Source: Octopus bimaculoides (taxonomy: Eukaryota). From it: a stretch of DNA of 49,513 bases. The position numbers and the translations under genes were made by a program. This document shows, piece by piece, positions 1 through 15,081 of this stretch. The notes under the pieces were generated by a model, which was given only the letters and a program-made list of their open reading frames with translations, had not been told where the DNA came from and did no database searches. The stretch is taken from NCBI RefSeq assembly GCF_001194135.2, contig NC_068990.1, positions 19,484,912 to 19,534,424 of the forward strand, given 5' to 3'. How positions within the stretch are numbered: position 1 is the stretch's first letter; the number at the start of each line of letters is the position of its first letter.

Positions 1-6
1 TACTAC

Positions 7-52
<46 letters not shown>

Positions 53-410
53 CCTTGGGAGAGGCATTATGCCGGTAATAAACACACGCACTGGTTCAGT
101 CCTTTATTAATTTATATAGTTTTTTGTTAAATTATTTCATTGCACTCTTGCAGTCTCTTCAGTAACTTGTCTCTCCACTTCCATTTATTTTGAATATTCA
201 AAATACGTACGTATCACCTCGCTATAATTTCTTTCATCTCTTTTTATGACAGCCCAAAATTACGGTGAACAATGGGACACAACACTAGTAGCAACATTGA
301 ATTTTAGTGCAGTCTATACATAAATGTAGGCACATACATACCAACATACCAGCATACATACGTATATACATAAATACATATATATATTTATATCTTGTAT
401 ATATATATAT

Positions 411-443
<33 letters not shown>

Positions 444-1102
444 NNNNNNNNNNNNNNNNNNNNNNNNNNNNNNNNNNNNNNNNNNNNNNNNNNNNNNNNN
501 NNNNNNNNNNNNNNNNNNNNNNNNNNNNNNNNNNNNNNNNNNNNNNNNNNNNNNNNNNNNNNNNNNNNNNNNNNNNNNNNNNNNNNNNNNNNNNNNNNNN
601 NNNNNNNNNNNNNNNNNNNNNNNNNNNNNNNNNNNNNNNNNNNNNNNNNNNNNNNNNNNNNNNNNNNNNNNNNNNNNNNNNNNNNNNNNNNNNNNNNNNN
701 NNNNNNNNNNNNNNNNNNNNNNNNNNNNNNNNNNNNNNNNNNNNNNNNNNNNNNNNNNNNNNNNNNNNNNNNNNNNNNNNNNNNNNNNNNNNNNNNNNNN
801 NNNNNNNNNNNNNNNNNNNNNNNNNNNNNNNNNNNNNNNNNNNNNNNNNNNNNNNNNNNNNNNNNNNNNNNNNNNNNNNNNNNNNNNNNNNNNNNNNNNN
901 NNNNNNNNNNNNNNNNNNNNNNNNNNNNNNNNNNNNNNNNNNNNNNNNNNNNNNNNNNNNNNNNNNNNNNNNNNNNNNNNNNNNNNNNNNNNNNNNNNNN
1001 NNNNNNNNNNNNNNNNNNNNNNNNNNNNNNNNNNNNNNNNNNNNNNNNNNNNNNNNNNNNNNNNNNNNNNNNNNNNNNNNNNNNNNNNNNNNNNNNNNNN
1101 NN
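444..1102. other. Assembly gap (N-run)
   Basis: Other gaps: 4776-5000, 8268-8978, 15082-15344, about 17580-17844, 29395-29404, 35037-35160, 35448-35457, 36968-36977, 42983-43242 and 48607-48842. Most abut microsatellites. Confidence 0.98.
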
Positions 1103-1257
1103 ATTCTAAATTATTACCATTGATAAACAAAAAATATTGTTGAAACTAGTTTTATAAATTTATTTTAAACAATTACAAGTTTTTCAAATTTAGGTGCATT
1201 TTCAACAAAAAATTTGCCTACATTTTTTCCTTCGTGGAAAGACACCACCTTTTGTCT

Positions 1258-1259
<2 letters not shown>

Positions 1260-1321
<62 letters not shown>

Positions 1322-1330
1322 AATATATAT
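1260..1330. repeat. (AC)n/(AT)n microsatellite
   Basis: Directly visible. Confidence 0.95.
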
Positions 1331-1743
1331 ATACATGCATACATATATGCATATATGTCCATATGTTTGTATGTGTGGTCGTCTGTGTGTATGTATATAT
1401 GTGTATGTATGTTTCCTGAGAGAGAATAAATATTTGAGTCAAGTTACTTTGTACTTTCGTATTTCGACTTACTCAGAATGAAATTACTGAAAGTGTCTCG
1501 CACTGCTAACGGACACGGAACACTGTCGCTGTCTATACGAAGTTGTTAAGGTCATTTATCAGTATTTTCGTAAATAAAATGCGCATATATACGGTACTAT
1601 AATATAAGGCAGAATCACACAATCGATCGATTGATTTCTATCATCCGAAATATCTCACGATTACGCAGTGGGATATGGGTGGTCGTTTACCACTCTAATC
1701 TATCTTCTCACTCACAATATGGGTATGTTTGTGTTTCTTTTTC

Positions 1744-1780
<37 letters not shown>

Positions 1781-1931
1781 CGACTCGAATTTATAAACGT
1801 AGAACGTAATGGAAAAAAGCTGTTTTATTTACATGTAATATTTGACGATCATCGGATCGTTATTAATTTGCTGCAGTTGATGTATTTCCTTTAGAAAAGA
1901 AATACTGGAATATATTTTCGAAGATTGTATC

Positions 1932-2400
1932 TTTTATTTATCTTTAACTTGTTTCAGTCATTGGATAGCGGCCATGTTGTGGCACCGTCTTCAAAGGCTT
2001 ACTCGAACAAATCGACCCCTTTACATTGTTTTGTTTAAGTCTATCTTCTGTTTTTTTTTTGGCCAAACTCCTAAATTACGGAAACGTAAGAAAACCAACA
2101 CCAATTGTAACACGATGGAGGTGATAAACCAAAGGTAACCAATACAAGTACAGTAACACACACAAACACACACACAAATACACACACACACACACACACA
2201 CTAAAACACACACACACACGTATACCTTCACGCATACGAAGGGATTCAACACAGTTTCTCTCTAAAAAACTCAATCACAAGACATTGATCGGCTGGTGGC
2301 TATAGGCAGTAGAAGAAGTCATATGTCAGATGTGTCGCGTAATCAGACGGAAACCAAAACTAATTTTAATCTGAGCTCCTTAAGCATATAACCAAACCTT
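1932..2400 (-). mobile_element. SINE family A, degraded
   Basis: The reverse complement of the family A tail (acttgtttcagtcatt, aaatcgacccc), an internal (CA)n tract and a decayed head are all present. Confidence 0.7.
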
Positions 2401-4743
2401 GAAAAAGTTAGAAAATTCTTGAAGATGTTAAACACAGTAATATTATTAGGATGTTAACATATCGTTGGATGGGATATTTGATAGCTTCCCCGTTATGAGA
2501 AACCGAAGACTTTACAACTGTAGAAGAGAATGGGGAGTAAGAAAGGAATATTTTGCAATTTGTTTTGGTGAGATATAGTTCGCCAATTAGTAGAATACCT
2601 TTCTCAAATATCGCGAGAAATGTCTTAAGTTAATTGAGATTCAATGCAATGAATACGCACAGTATCCTGATATGTTCTTTCGTTCTGCTTTAAAGCAAGT
2701 CTCTAGCTTTTCAATAACATATTATTGTTATCATCTGACAGTTAAAGCTGACATCAGGATTAAAAGTTTTAGCTAAATTAACTATGCAATACCACAAGTA
2801 ATGACAGTTTTTATAATGTTTGGAGATGTGTCTATATGTGTGATCTTTCTCTGCAAATATACAACCTTATAGCTATTAAGTACATTCACTATATGTGTTC
2901 ACTTGTTATGTGACTGTCTGTTTGTGTTCATTATTGAGACTCGGTTATCACGTTCGAATTGCAGATGTTTTGAAGTCTTTGTGAATGAAGTGCAATCAAA
3001 AACTGAGATGTTCAAATGGTGTATAGACGACGTGTAATGTGTGTAACATTATTGATTGGTGAAGAACCATATCACCTGCAAAACATGTGTGTAGTTGTGG
3101 CTTTGGTTAGTCGTAGTAGCTAGCTACCATGTCGTTAATATAAATATAGGAGAGTGTCGAAAATATAACTGAACAATTTAGTCCACTAAAGTGGATAGGA
3201 TATCAGAAATAGTCACATCAAAAAGCAATGCAATGCAATAGCCAGACAAACACACACACACATAAAAAAAGAGAATGATGTGAGGAGATAGTAGAAAGTG
3301 TTTTTTAATGGAATGTTTTCACATACAACTTTTTTGTCGTTGTTTAGAGAATATGTTATTTTTGGCTGAATAACCTATTGGAAATAGATTTCGACAGAAC
3401 GATTTGGAGTCACGAACAGAAACATTGTTTCATTTATACCACGTTCATGGCAAGTACGAAACTATACCTTGCATTTAGATATATCTTAGTCAATCTTATC
3501 TGTAGGGTCTCATTCTGTGTGGCTTCGAATATCATGAATTTCTTTATGCCGCAGCTACAGTTAACTCAGATGTAAGCAACTCATTGAGAACATGGTGCGA
3601 AAGATATTGTCCTTATATACTTGTCAATGATGAATTCTGAAACAATATTTAAGCAGAAGGCTAATTAATGTATTGACGTTCTTGTTAGATTAACATGCTG
3701 TTGTTTGTGTTTGCCTAGTAATAAATTTTGTTTGGCTTTCCTCAACATTCTGTAATTAGAAGTAACTTTATATATGGCAGCAATATTTCTATAGGTAATC
3801 TACATCTTGTCATTCTAATGACTATATAGTGTTTATGCTTATATTTCTATTATTATTTGACTGTGTAAGAGATGTGCAGCATATTGGAGGTGTACAAGTA
3901 TATTATTATTTACTTTTTGTTGAAATTTTATGTGAAGCTTTTAGAATTGAAACTAAGGAAGCGATAATATGTGATGTTTCCAGCGCATTGTTTGCAGGCA
4001 CGTCACATTCTCAGTTTCAAATTATTCAGAGACATATGTATTCACGTATACCAGAAAAAAAAAATTAAATGATGCATACTTAGGATACGTCGCAACTACA
4101 TTTTAGAAGTTTGGTCTATTTTAGCCTCGAATTGTTCAACAACTTGGAAGAGAGAAAGTCTACGGAGCAGTAAATTTTTCCGTTTTTAGAGTGCCATTCT
4201 TAAACCATCATCCGCTTGTTGCCTTATTTAGAGTTCATTCTGTTGGAAGCATAATTTACTCAAATCCTCCCAAAAGTACATAGCACCTTAAAATAATTAT
4301 GTGAGTTTCCTTTCCTCTAACGATTAAACGACGGAAGTTTCTACATGTAGTTGATTACTCACTGACAGCTGACAAGAATTTATATAGCTACATACTAAAT
4401 CATTGCGCTGTATCCTGAGTACTGATCTACATATCATTTCTCTGAGTTGTTCATTTATGATAACGAGTACCTACCAGAGGTGCATCTCTTGATGCATGAA
4501 GTTTATAGTTTTACAAATAACGCACTCTTATCATAACAACATCCTTATATTACAGTTTAAACCTACAGCAATAGCACTTCCCATATCAAGTTGTAAAGTA
4601 ATACACAATATAGCATTGAACGCAATATTCCTGAGGCAAACATCGCCCCATGCCATGCTAATATTAGCTTTACTGAACTTCTGCTGACAGATGAATAATC
4701 GGTGCATGACAACAATAATAGATAGTCAAGTAGCTAAAAGCGC

Positions 4744-4775
<32 letters not shown>

Positions 4776-7331
4776 NNNNNNNNNNNNNNNNNNNNNNNNN
4801 NNNNNNNNNNNNNNNNNNNNNNNNNNNNNNNNNNNNNNNNNNNNNNNNNNNNNNNNNNNNNNNNNNNNNNNNNNNNNNNNNNNNNNNNNNNNNNNNNNNN
4901 NNNNNNNNNNNNNNNNNNNNNNNNNNNNNNNNNNNNNNNNNNNNNNNNNNNNNNNNNNNNNNNNNNNNNNNNNNNNNNNNNNNNNNNNNNNNNNNNNNNN
5001 ATATATATAGTTACATACACATACTGTATACACATCTTGGTTGAGGTTAAAATACATTTTTTTCTCTTTCATGTGTTACTAATATAATCGCAGGTGTTAC
5101 TACGACTACTGCAAATGATGTGGTTATCAACAAAAGGTTTAAAAAGCATACTTTTGTCCTCCTTGGTAATATTAATCTTCCCTTGGTGTATTCGAATATG
5201 CAACTAATAGTTACTTTTGTGTTCCTCTTAGCAAGGATATTTTTTTTTTTAATGATCAACTCTTAAGCTGCAAACATGAAATATATCTCTGTATATTTCA
5301 GAACATACAACGTTTCCGGTATATTCACACCTAATTTCCTCCTCGTTTTTTGCTTTTTCAAATTGTGTTAGTTTATACGAAAGATAAAGGATGTTTTATA
5401 TATTTGCAACTAACTGCTGTAACACTTGATGGGAAAATTACGTCCCAGCTACACAGAGCCAAGTCAATAAAGTGCTTGGCATGCAGCCGAAAGATACTAT
5501 GACGCTGCAATATTTTTAGTAAAACATTTACTGCTAACCAGCTCACTCCATTTTGCTCTGTGTAGAAACGCAAAAATAAGTAAACCTTTTGGCAAGAAAG
5601 AATCCACAATGTCGATGCTCTCTTTAGTCTTTCTCACGGTTAACACAACACAGAATCTCATGCATATATTTACACTCTCACATATATAAATAGCTTAGTA
5701 TCAGAGATAATCTTTCCATTACGAGCAATTGAAATCAGCACTGCAAGAAGCAATAACAGAAAGAAAAATAAATCACTGGTTGCTGACAGCAAATGTCTAT
5801 GAGGTTTGAAGTACATATAAGCATCAGCTGTTGAGAGTTCTCTACCTTGGTCATCATATAAAGAATCGCAGATATCAGAATACAAACTCATACTCGCATC
5901 TTTGATGTGAGCTACATAACTTCCTTAGAGCATGAAAGCACTCTTCGTATAGTATTAATATATTTAAATCGATAATTATAAAATAAGCTAAATAAAATAT
6001 ACTTATTGCTAGTAAAAGATATTTTCGCAATTAATTGCAGTATTACGATCGGCTATCACATTACGGGGGAAACCTTCTGACAGTGTTGTAGGGGCTGAGT
6101 TATTAAAACCCTTTCTTCTATCGAGCATCAATTCCACTGTATGTACCTCAGTAATCGTGGAATCTTCACGAAATCGATGTAACATGTTGTAATGTGATTA
6201 AGCTTATAATATCAATAAAATTAATAAAATAAATCATGGAGGAAATTATTCAGCGTGCATCTCCATGAAACCTAGTTAATATCAATATATTTATTGCACT
6301 TATTAAAATAAAACTTGTAACTATGCTTAACTAAATGACGAAGTAACCGATGACTGATGAAATGACGAAGTCTCCACATAGACAAAATAATTGATAAAAT
6401 TATCAACTTAAATTTCTTTAAACTATAGCTTTATTTATGATGAATAGTTGTTTTGTAATGCTATCTTTGATTACTTCTAAAAAGACCGAACCCTTAGGAA
6501 AGGGGTTTTGGTAAAAAAAAAAAAAAGTGCACCAATTTTCATCTTAGACATTAATTCTCTATAGTGTTACTGAAAATGAAAACTTAGTATTGAAACAAAC
6601 GGACACAAAAATGAGTATTTTTAAAATTAAATGTAACATAATAGTCACTTCTTGCACCATAACAGAATTGTGCCATCATTGGTCATACACAGGTGGACAA
6701 AGTAGGCATACATCTGGACATGTAGGTATGATGTTGGGCAAAACAGGTAGACAAAAGAAGGTATAGAATCATAGAATTCTTATTCTAATGAAAAGAACAT
6801 TTTACTCAGTTCAAGCAATTGTATGCCTAATTTTTCCAACACCTGTAGATTCAATATTTATAAGGAATTAAATGATTCAAATTTATTTCATCGGTTCTGT
6901 AGTCGATTCAGTTCACAGTATGGGAAGTGTTAATCTTTTCTTTGCATTCACTAGCTACTATTTTTTGCTATTCCTTCCACTCCAGCTTGCCATCCTATAA
7001 CACTAAGACAGTACCAAGTTATCTAAATCAACAAAGAATTCTCTCGAATAGTTAAAAACGTCAACCAGATTTTCTCATATAACATGCTTCAATCATATAA
7101 AATACAAGGACACAATACATGATATATACGTAGTTATTATTAAAATATCAAATTAATGTGTCTGGAATGTTTTTCATCATTCGGGACTTGTTTACTAGGT
7201 GGAGGCCTCGGAAAAACAACAGAGTATTTTGACAGCTGTCTTCATTATTTTGTGGGAGAGGCTGCGAATCCAATTAAAGTTACGTATATATATATATATA
7301 CTCTCCACACTGTGTATAAGCAGTGTCTGCC

Positions 7332-7521
7332 TGTCTCTCTCTCTCTCTCTCTTTATCTCTCTCTCTCTCTTTTAATCTCTCTCTCTTTTAATCTCTCTCT
7401 CTATCTATCTATCCATCTACCTACTATCTATCTATCTATGTGTGTGCGAAAAAACCTCCAAGGTTGTGAAAGTTTTCAGAATATTTGTTCTTCTCTATCT
7501 CATTCTGTTAATTTTCAAATA

Positions 7522-7600
<79 letters not shown>
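7332..7600. repeat. (CT)n, (CTAT)n and (TA)n microsatellites
   Basis: Directly visible. Confidence 0.9.
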
Positions 7601-7605
<5 letters not shown>

Positions 7606-7808
7606 AACAAACTAGGGAAAGGAATTCCCTGAAAGGGGTGTGTAAAACATCCAATTCATTAGTACGTTAGTTGAATACAACATAAATATGGGTGTAATGC
7701 AAATTACAAACAATGAATTAAATAGAGAAGTTTAACTGACGATCCAATAATTAATTTACATTATAATATAACATACTATGACTATGATATAACATAAAAA
7801 TCATTAAA

Positions 7809-8210
7809 GGCGTGGGAGTGGCTGTGTGGTAAGTAGCTTGCTTACGAACCACATGGTTCCGAGTTCAGTCCCACTGCGTGGCACCTTGGGCAAGTGTCTT
7901 CTACTATAGCCTTGGGCCGACGAATGTCTTCTGAGTGTATTTGGTAGACGGAAACCGAAAGAACCCCATCGTATATATGTATATATGTGTGTATGTGTGT
8001 GTGTATGTGTTTGTTCCCTCAACATCGTTTGACAACCGATGCTGGTGTGTTTACGTCCCCGTAACTTAGCGGTTCGGCAAAAGAGACCGATATAATAAGT
8101 ACTAGGTTTACAAAGAATAGGTCCTGGGGTCGATTTTCTCGACTAAAGGCAGTGCTCCAGCATGGCCACAGTCAAATGACTGAAACAAGTAAAAGAGTAA
8201 AAGAGAGTAA
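7809..8210 (+). mobile_element. tRNA-derived SINE, family A, full length
   Basis: Head with A-box-like TGGCTGTGTGG and B-box-like GAGTTCAGTCCC, central ccttgggcaagtg motif, internal (TA/TG)n tract, and 3' tail ending actgaaacaagtaaaagagtaaaag. Many copies occur in the window. Confidence 0.9.
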
Positions 8211-9389
8211 AAAACCAAAACAGCCAACAATTTGTTTCGACTTATATTATTTGATTTCTAAACTGAANNNNNNNNNNNNNNNNNNNNNNNNNNNNNNNNN
8301 NNNNNNNNNNNNNNNNNNNNNNNNNNNNNNNNNNNNNNNNNNNNNNNNNNNNNNNNNNNNNNNNNNNNNNNNNNNNNNNNNNNNNNNNNNNNNNNNNNNN
8401 NNNNNNNNNNNNNNNNNNNNNNNNNNNNNNNNNNNNNNNNNNNNNNNNNNNNNNNNNNNNNNNNNNNNNNNNNNNNNNNNNNNNNNNNNNNNNNNNNNNN
8501 NNNNNNNNNNNNNNNNNNNNNNNNNNNNNNNNNNNNNNNNNNNNNNNNNNNNNNNNNNNNNNNNNNNNNNNNNNNNNNNNNNNNNNNNNNNNNNNNNNNN
8601 NNNNNNNNNNNNNNNNNNNNNNNNNNNNNNNNNNNNNNNNNNNNNNNNNNNNNNNNNNNNNNNNNNNNNNNNNNNNNNNNNNNNNNNNNNNNNNNNNNNN
8701 NNNNNNNNNNNNNNNNNNNNNNNNNNNNNNNNNNNNNNNNNNNNNNNNNNNNNNNNNNNNNNNNNNNNNNNNNNNNNNNNNNNNNNNNNNNNNNNNNNNN
8801 NNNNNNNNNNNNNNNNNNNNNNNNNNNNNNNNNNNNNNNNNNNNNNNNNNNNNNNNNNNNNNNNNNNNNNNNNNNNNNNNNNNNNNNNNNNNNNNNNNNN
8901 NNNNNNNNNNNNNNNNNNNNNNNNNNNNNNNNNNNNNNNNNNNNNNNNNNNNNNNNNNNNNNNNNNNNNNNNNNNNNNTATATATATATATATATTAGAA
9001 GGTTTGGAAGTGATGTACAGGAAGTGATGTAGAAAAAATAATAAGATGACTTCAAATGCAACAGAATCTGATGAAGGCTTAACTGGAAAAAACTCCGAGG
9101 TCACTATCAATAATGTTCTTGCTAAACTATATATATATAGATAGATATCTGTGTGTGTGTGTATGCATATATTGTGTATATATGTATGTCCGTCTACATA
9201 AAATGATAACACTTGCACATGAGGTTAAGTAAACATATATACAGAATAAATAGTGACATGTGTTAAAAATTTGGATACTGAAGAATATGGTAGAATTCAT
9301 AAAAAGAAAACATGATGCTCTTCTTTCAATTCGTATTTTTCATATTTTAAGAGAAAAAAAATCTGTGCGTTTCTGTATTTTTGTGTTCA

Positions 9390-9428
9390 TATACATACAT
9401 ACATACATACATACATACATACATACAT

Positions 9429-9470
<42 letters not shown>
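9390..9470. repeat. (ACAT)n/(AT)n microsatellite
   Basis: Directly visible; a (GA)n/(GATA)n tract follows at about 9733-9818. Confidence 0.9.
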
Positions 9471-9474
<4 letters not shown>

Positions 9475-9778
9475 TAGAATATTTTCGATACAGCACAGTC
9501 ATCGTGTTATGATCAGGTGAAAAGTTGTTTCTAGAATGTAATAAAGCTATTATTTGGTGACTGATGAACTAAGAAGGAAAAGAAAAGCATATAAGGTATT
9601 GCTTGTTGGCGATGAAGTAAATATAAATGAACCCATCTTGTAAAATACGTGCTGCCAAGCCTTTGATCATCGACATTCAGTGTAATATAATATAACGTAT
9701 TATATCAGATCTTATCATTCATATATGTATACAGAGAGAGAGGGAGAGAGAGAAAGAGAGAGATTTTATAGATAGATG

Positions 9779-9816
<38 letters not shown>

Positions 9817-12371
9817 GAGGCATATATATCTACATGGATATACACGCACATTTACGCACACACACACACATACAGATATATATATATTAGAAAGTCTATG
9901 AAAATGATTTAATACAGTTTTGAAATGTAAAGGCAATTTTTAAAAAAATATTTTTTAAAGAAAAGTTATGAAATCTTTTATCAGGATGTTACTAACGTTT
10001 TGGGGGACGAAGGTTTTTTTCGAGTATACATATTATATATATAGTTTTATTTATTATATTGTGTATGTGTATGTGAGTGTGTATGTGTCAGTGTGTGCGT
10101 ATGTGTTTCCCTTTCTAATGAAGTAATTCAGCCTGTACAATTCAATATTCTTTACAATTCAATAATTTGAAGTACAGTATATCAGTTAATGATTTCACAT
10201 GAATAGAATTTGAATGACGAAAGCCTGTCAAACTTACCTCACTTTTGAATAGCAACAAATAAGGTGATGGACAAAATGTTGTGAAACCCTGCATAAATGT
10301 TTGAAAAAACTAAGTTTTCTTTTCTCCTTATGCTATAAGTTCAAACCATATTAGAATTTCTGTGACTTCTTATCTGAAAAAATCTCTATAAAATAAATAC
10401 TGGTAATATCTTATTTCATGAAATGCATTTCTGCTCACCTACGAAATCATGAGTATGATGCAAATTGTATATTTTCTTTGACATAATTAATAACTCTCAG
10501 TTCAAGTTAATAATCAGTACTCCTAAAAATTCATGTTACAAATTATCTACGTTATTATTTTGTGCTCGAGTGCTGCAAGTCAATAAACTTTATTGTGGTT
10601 AGAAATCAGTAACATAAAGAAAAAAAATTAAAACTGTTTTAAATAGAGAATGAAATCGACGTCAACATAGAAATCTTTGAGTTATCGGAATATGGTTTTA
10701 AAGGTTTATATAATTATACATCAAAATAATGATGAAGGAATAAAGATTATTAGCACGTCGTATGTCTTTCTGTTTTACGTTCTGAGGTCAAATCTCGTCG
10801 CAATTTCGGACCAGGTACCTACTGTAGACATTATTATTATTAGTGTCAAGCCAATAAAGTATGAGAATCAGTAAACAGGGAGACATCGATTAACTATCAA
10901 ACATGTATTTCGATTTACGTTTGTCCTCACTAATATGACTGTTATATAGTTCGGCATTTTGCGTAAAAATCTATTTTATCACATTTCTGATTTTCGTGTC
11001 GCTACTTTGTCTTAGAAGAGCACAAAGTGATGTTTATTCCTGCCGTTGAGTTTACGATGTTTCTTGTAAATATCGTTATGGTATGTATATAATTATCAGG
11101 GTTGTTTTTTTTTTTCATTTGCCATATCACTAACTGGGTAAAGGTAATCTACTAAGATTAAACTAGAACACGAAACCTTGCTGTGGTTATATTCCTCCCT
11201 ATACTTAGCCATATGATTACAGGAGGACAATTTTTTTTTGAAAGCACTGTATGTATCATAAGAATGACAAACAAAATCATTGATCTATCGAAGTCTTTAT
11301 TATTTGACCTGTCTGCCATTAACTTATGAAGTAAAATTGAATCTATAAATAATATCGTACAGTGTTGCATTTTCTTGGCTTTGATCATTGTCCATTAATT
11401 TAGTTTTTCATTTAAAATATTGTCTAATTCACTGAATAAATTCTCGAACACAGAGCCTCACCAACATTAAGAGTCAGAGGTTTATAGTAACGCAATTTTG
11501 TTTCAATATGATTGTGCTGACACCGCGCTACTTACTAATTTTTCATTAAAGCCGTGATGAAAATTACAAACAAAAACATCATAGAGATTTATTTGATGTA
11601 ATGCCAACGTTAATCGCGATAAAATAGAGACATGATGAAGTTTCTAATTTCAGTTAGACGTATCTGATATGTGATAAATTCTCTGTAAGATACGAGAAAA
11701 TATTTCCAAGGAAGAACGTAGAGCATTCTCTCTATATATAATGTGTAGAACCATTAGGTTGAGTACTGTCATTTATACCTTGATCTGATTCTACATTTCC
11801 CCACCTAGCGATTTATATTATTATACCAAACACCTAATGTAGATAGACGAGGACACTGTGGGCTGTAAGCCAGCCAGCAAGCATATGAAATATTTTGGTA
11901 ATCATATTTGCAGTAACGTATAATTGGCGTATGCAATTAACCCCCTTAACCCTCATTGACGATGACTTTAAGAACTAGCTGCATCTGACATCCCTGTGTT
12001 GGCACCATGTGTAGATATGTTCAGTCAGCTGTGCAATACACTGAGACTGCAGATCTCAATTGCTGTAAATTTGTTAAATATAGACACAAAGCTGAAACCA
12101 CTCTAATTTATTTGCCAACCATCTAGCATTTACGACGTCGTTGGACGTGATGGAAATAACATTTGAATTTCTGTCAAATTACAACATTGTATTAGGAAAG
12201 GTAGATAACTGTAGATGAGGCAGTTATAGAAGAATAAAATGGGTTGATCCGGAGTTTGGTAATAAATCAGCTATATGGTCCTGGATTTAAATGGTAGTAA
12301 GTGTATATACTGAAAGATCCAACAAAAAAGCTAGTATGAGGCCGCATCAGGTAACACTTTATCAACTTATT

Positions 12372-12588
12372 GATTTAAAATTTTGGCACAGTGACAGTAA
12401 TTCAGAGGTAGGGAGGAGGCTAGTCTATTACATCTATTCCAGTACTTAACTGGTACCTATTTTATCAAACCAGAAAGGTTGAATAGCAAAGACGATCTGG
12501 GCGGAATTTGAACTGAAAATGTAAAGACGGACGAAATACCGCTAAGCATTTTCCCCGGCGTGCTAACGGTTCTGCCAGCTTCTCGCCA
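12372..12588 (-). mobile_element. SINE family B
   Basis: Reverse complement of 19499-19720 (ggaatttgaac, gctaagcatt, ggcgtgctaacggttctgccagct). Confidence 0.85.
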
Positions 12589-13287
12589 TACTTTATCATC
12601 TTATTAAACATAGGAACATATTATATAATTTAGTGTTAGGAATGGTCATGGCTCAAATGTTTTTGATGAAAGATGACCCGACATACGATTGATCTGGGAT
12701 TACATGACAACAACTATTGGAATGTATCTTCAATAGAGAAAATGGATACACGTAAATGGAAGTTTTTGGAAATGAACAAATTTTCAGTTTCATAGGTAGA
12801 TGATATATTCGTTTTGATGCACCAGATTTTCACACAACCGGAACAAAAGCGAACATGGGGAGAAATCACGAATGTGTAACATTCAATCTACAAGCGAATA
12901 TGATGGAATGCAAAATATTCAGTGGCTTAAATTTATGAAAACTGGTATTATACCCAGCTGTTGTGTCATTCATATCATATATCATAAAATTACCATGTTC
13001 TTCTAAGTCACTTCTAAGACTCAACAAAGGCCATTATACACGGTCATTCGCCAAGCATTAATGGCAAATAAATCTCGATCACATAACAATATACCGTGTC
13101 AACAAAATAAGTTAAAGAACGTTGGATAACGTATAGCCATAAATTAAACCACTGAATACACTCTGTCTAAAAATCACCGAGATAGGAATGTATGGACGGA
13201 CGTTGATCACATGACTGTTTAATCAACATATATCTATTGAATATTGTATAATTTAAAAAGAATATTCGTTTAAACGCAGTAGTTATC

Positions 13288-13660
13288 TTTCATCTTTTAT
13301 CTCTTACCTGTTTCATTCACTAGACTGCGGCCAAGCTCGGGCACCGCCTTGAATCTCTGAGTCGAATGAATCGACCCCAGTAATTACTTTTAGGCATGGT
13401 ACTTATTCTATCGGTCTACTTTGCCGAACCTTTATAGGGACGTAAACAAACTAACACCGGCTGTCAAGCGGTGAATTGGGGAAACAAGCTCAGACACACA
13501 TACGACAGACTTCTTTCAGTTTCTGTCTACTAAATCCATTCAAAAGGCTTTGGGCGGCCCGAGGCTATAGTAGAACACACTTGCCCAAGGTGCCACGCAT
13601 TGGAACTGAATCCCGAACCATGTGTTTGGGAAGCAAGTTTCTTACCACACAGCCACGCCT
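13288..13660 (-). mobile_element. SINE family A, full length
   Basis: Matches the reverse complement of 7809-8210 (cacttgcccaaggtgccacgc, ttcttaccacacagccacgcc). Confidence 0.9.
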
Positions 13661-14394
13661 AAGGTTATACATAAAGTTATGCACATTGTGTTTTTTTACA
13701 ATAGGTGTAGAGTCAATAAAAAAAAAAACGTTCCTGCTTTTCCGTTGTTGTATTCTGTTGGCAAGATTCTTGAGTTAAACTCGTGTGTTGAACAAATTTT
13801 GTTGTATTTTGGTTTTGCTTACGACATTAAGCCATTCTAATCCTTAAAACCTTATTAAATTTGCTTTTATTACCTATTACGCCATAGTTTTCCAAGTGAA
13901 AAATTTAATCAAATTAATTCTACTTCCTAAATGATATTGCGTTATAATCACGGATATGGAAACGTTAAGGTTGACTCGAGACGAATTTGAACGCAGAAGG
14001 TGAAGCACGATAAAATTATTAGCTGTTACACAATCATTCAGCCAGAGTTGCTCTTATTTTGACCTCGACTCAAAGCCTTTTCTTTACCACGATTATTCAT
14101 TTCTTTTCAAACGTAGCAAAGTTAATGTTCATAAAGGAGAATTTATAGTCAAATGAATTCACTTCTGTGCATTGCAATAACTTAGATTATCGACCACTAT
14201 GCAATGAAAGCAAAAGTCGGCTCTAAAACTATTTGGTCCCAGAAGTAATTTAGTGAATCGTACAAATTACAGTTTTTGGTGCTATACATATGAAGTCTAA
14301 TGGGAATTACACGAAGAATTCAATAGATCTATCAAAAATCCGTAATGAAATCCACATAAGGCACACTCACACATAACACCACACACACATAGAA

Positions 14395-14666
14395 AGACAC
14401 ATACACATATGTATGTATGTATGTATGTTTGTATGCATGTATGTATGTTTGTATGCATGCATATATGTGTGTATATTCATAGAAACACATACACACATGT
14501 GTGTTTGTGTGGTACATGCACACATATTTATCTGTGTCTATCTATCTAGATGTATAAATGCATACATACATATGTACATTTATATGTGTGTGTATTTGTA
14601 TATACATAGCATACAAGTAGAAAGTGTACGAGAGAGAACAGGAGAGAGAAAGGGAAAAAACGAGGA

Positions 14667-14732
<66 letters not shown>
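14395..14732. repeat. Compound (GTAT)n ... (GA)n microsatellite region
   Basis: Directly visible. Confidence 0.9.
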
Positions 14733-14735
<3 letters not shown>

Positions 14736-15036
14736 TAGCAAGAGACAAACAAAGTTATATGTTCCCCATAATGTATCTCCAGTAATCACTGTTTCTTGAT
14801 GTTAAAACCATTCAGTAGGAGACATTGTCTACTAACAGCAAAGATAATCGGCGCATTTCAATACACATTCTGTTCTGCGAGGGAGCCTAACTTCGCAATT
14901 AGTATGCGGATATGTCCTATGCAGCACAGTCCCTCGACTTTGTTAGAATTTTGTTTTCATACAATTGTTCTCACGAAAAATTATAACTTGCAATATATAT
15001 ATGATTTATTTAAGCATTCCCAACCACACTCGTCTG

Positions 15037-15081
<45 letters not shown>

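Noticed and set aside
285-1143. Long ORFs in the track (also near 4670-5072, 8152-9218, 14796-15413, 17485-18025, 34926-35234, 42786-43343, 48536-49033)
   Set aside because: They are open only because they run through N-gaps and dinucleotide repeats (X, YI, HT, CV and ER runs).
5390-5640. Weak resemblance to RTE LINE ORF2 (FWQERIHNVDAL, like WQDRIxNxEVL)
   Set aside because: A single short motif; the flanking RTE motifs could not be recovered in any frame I read.
9048-9140. ATG-initiated peptide MTSNATESDEGLTGKNSEVTINNVLAK as a possible first exon
   Set aside because: No good donor and no homology; it ends in a microsatellite next to a gap.
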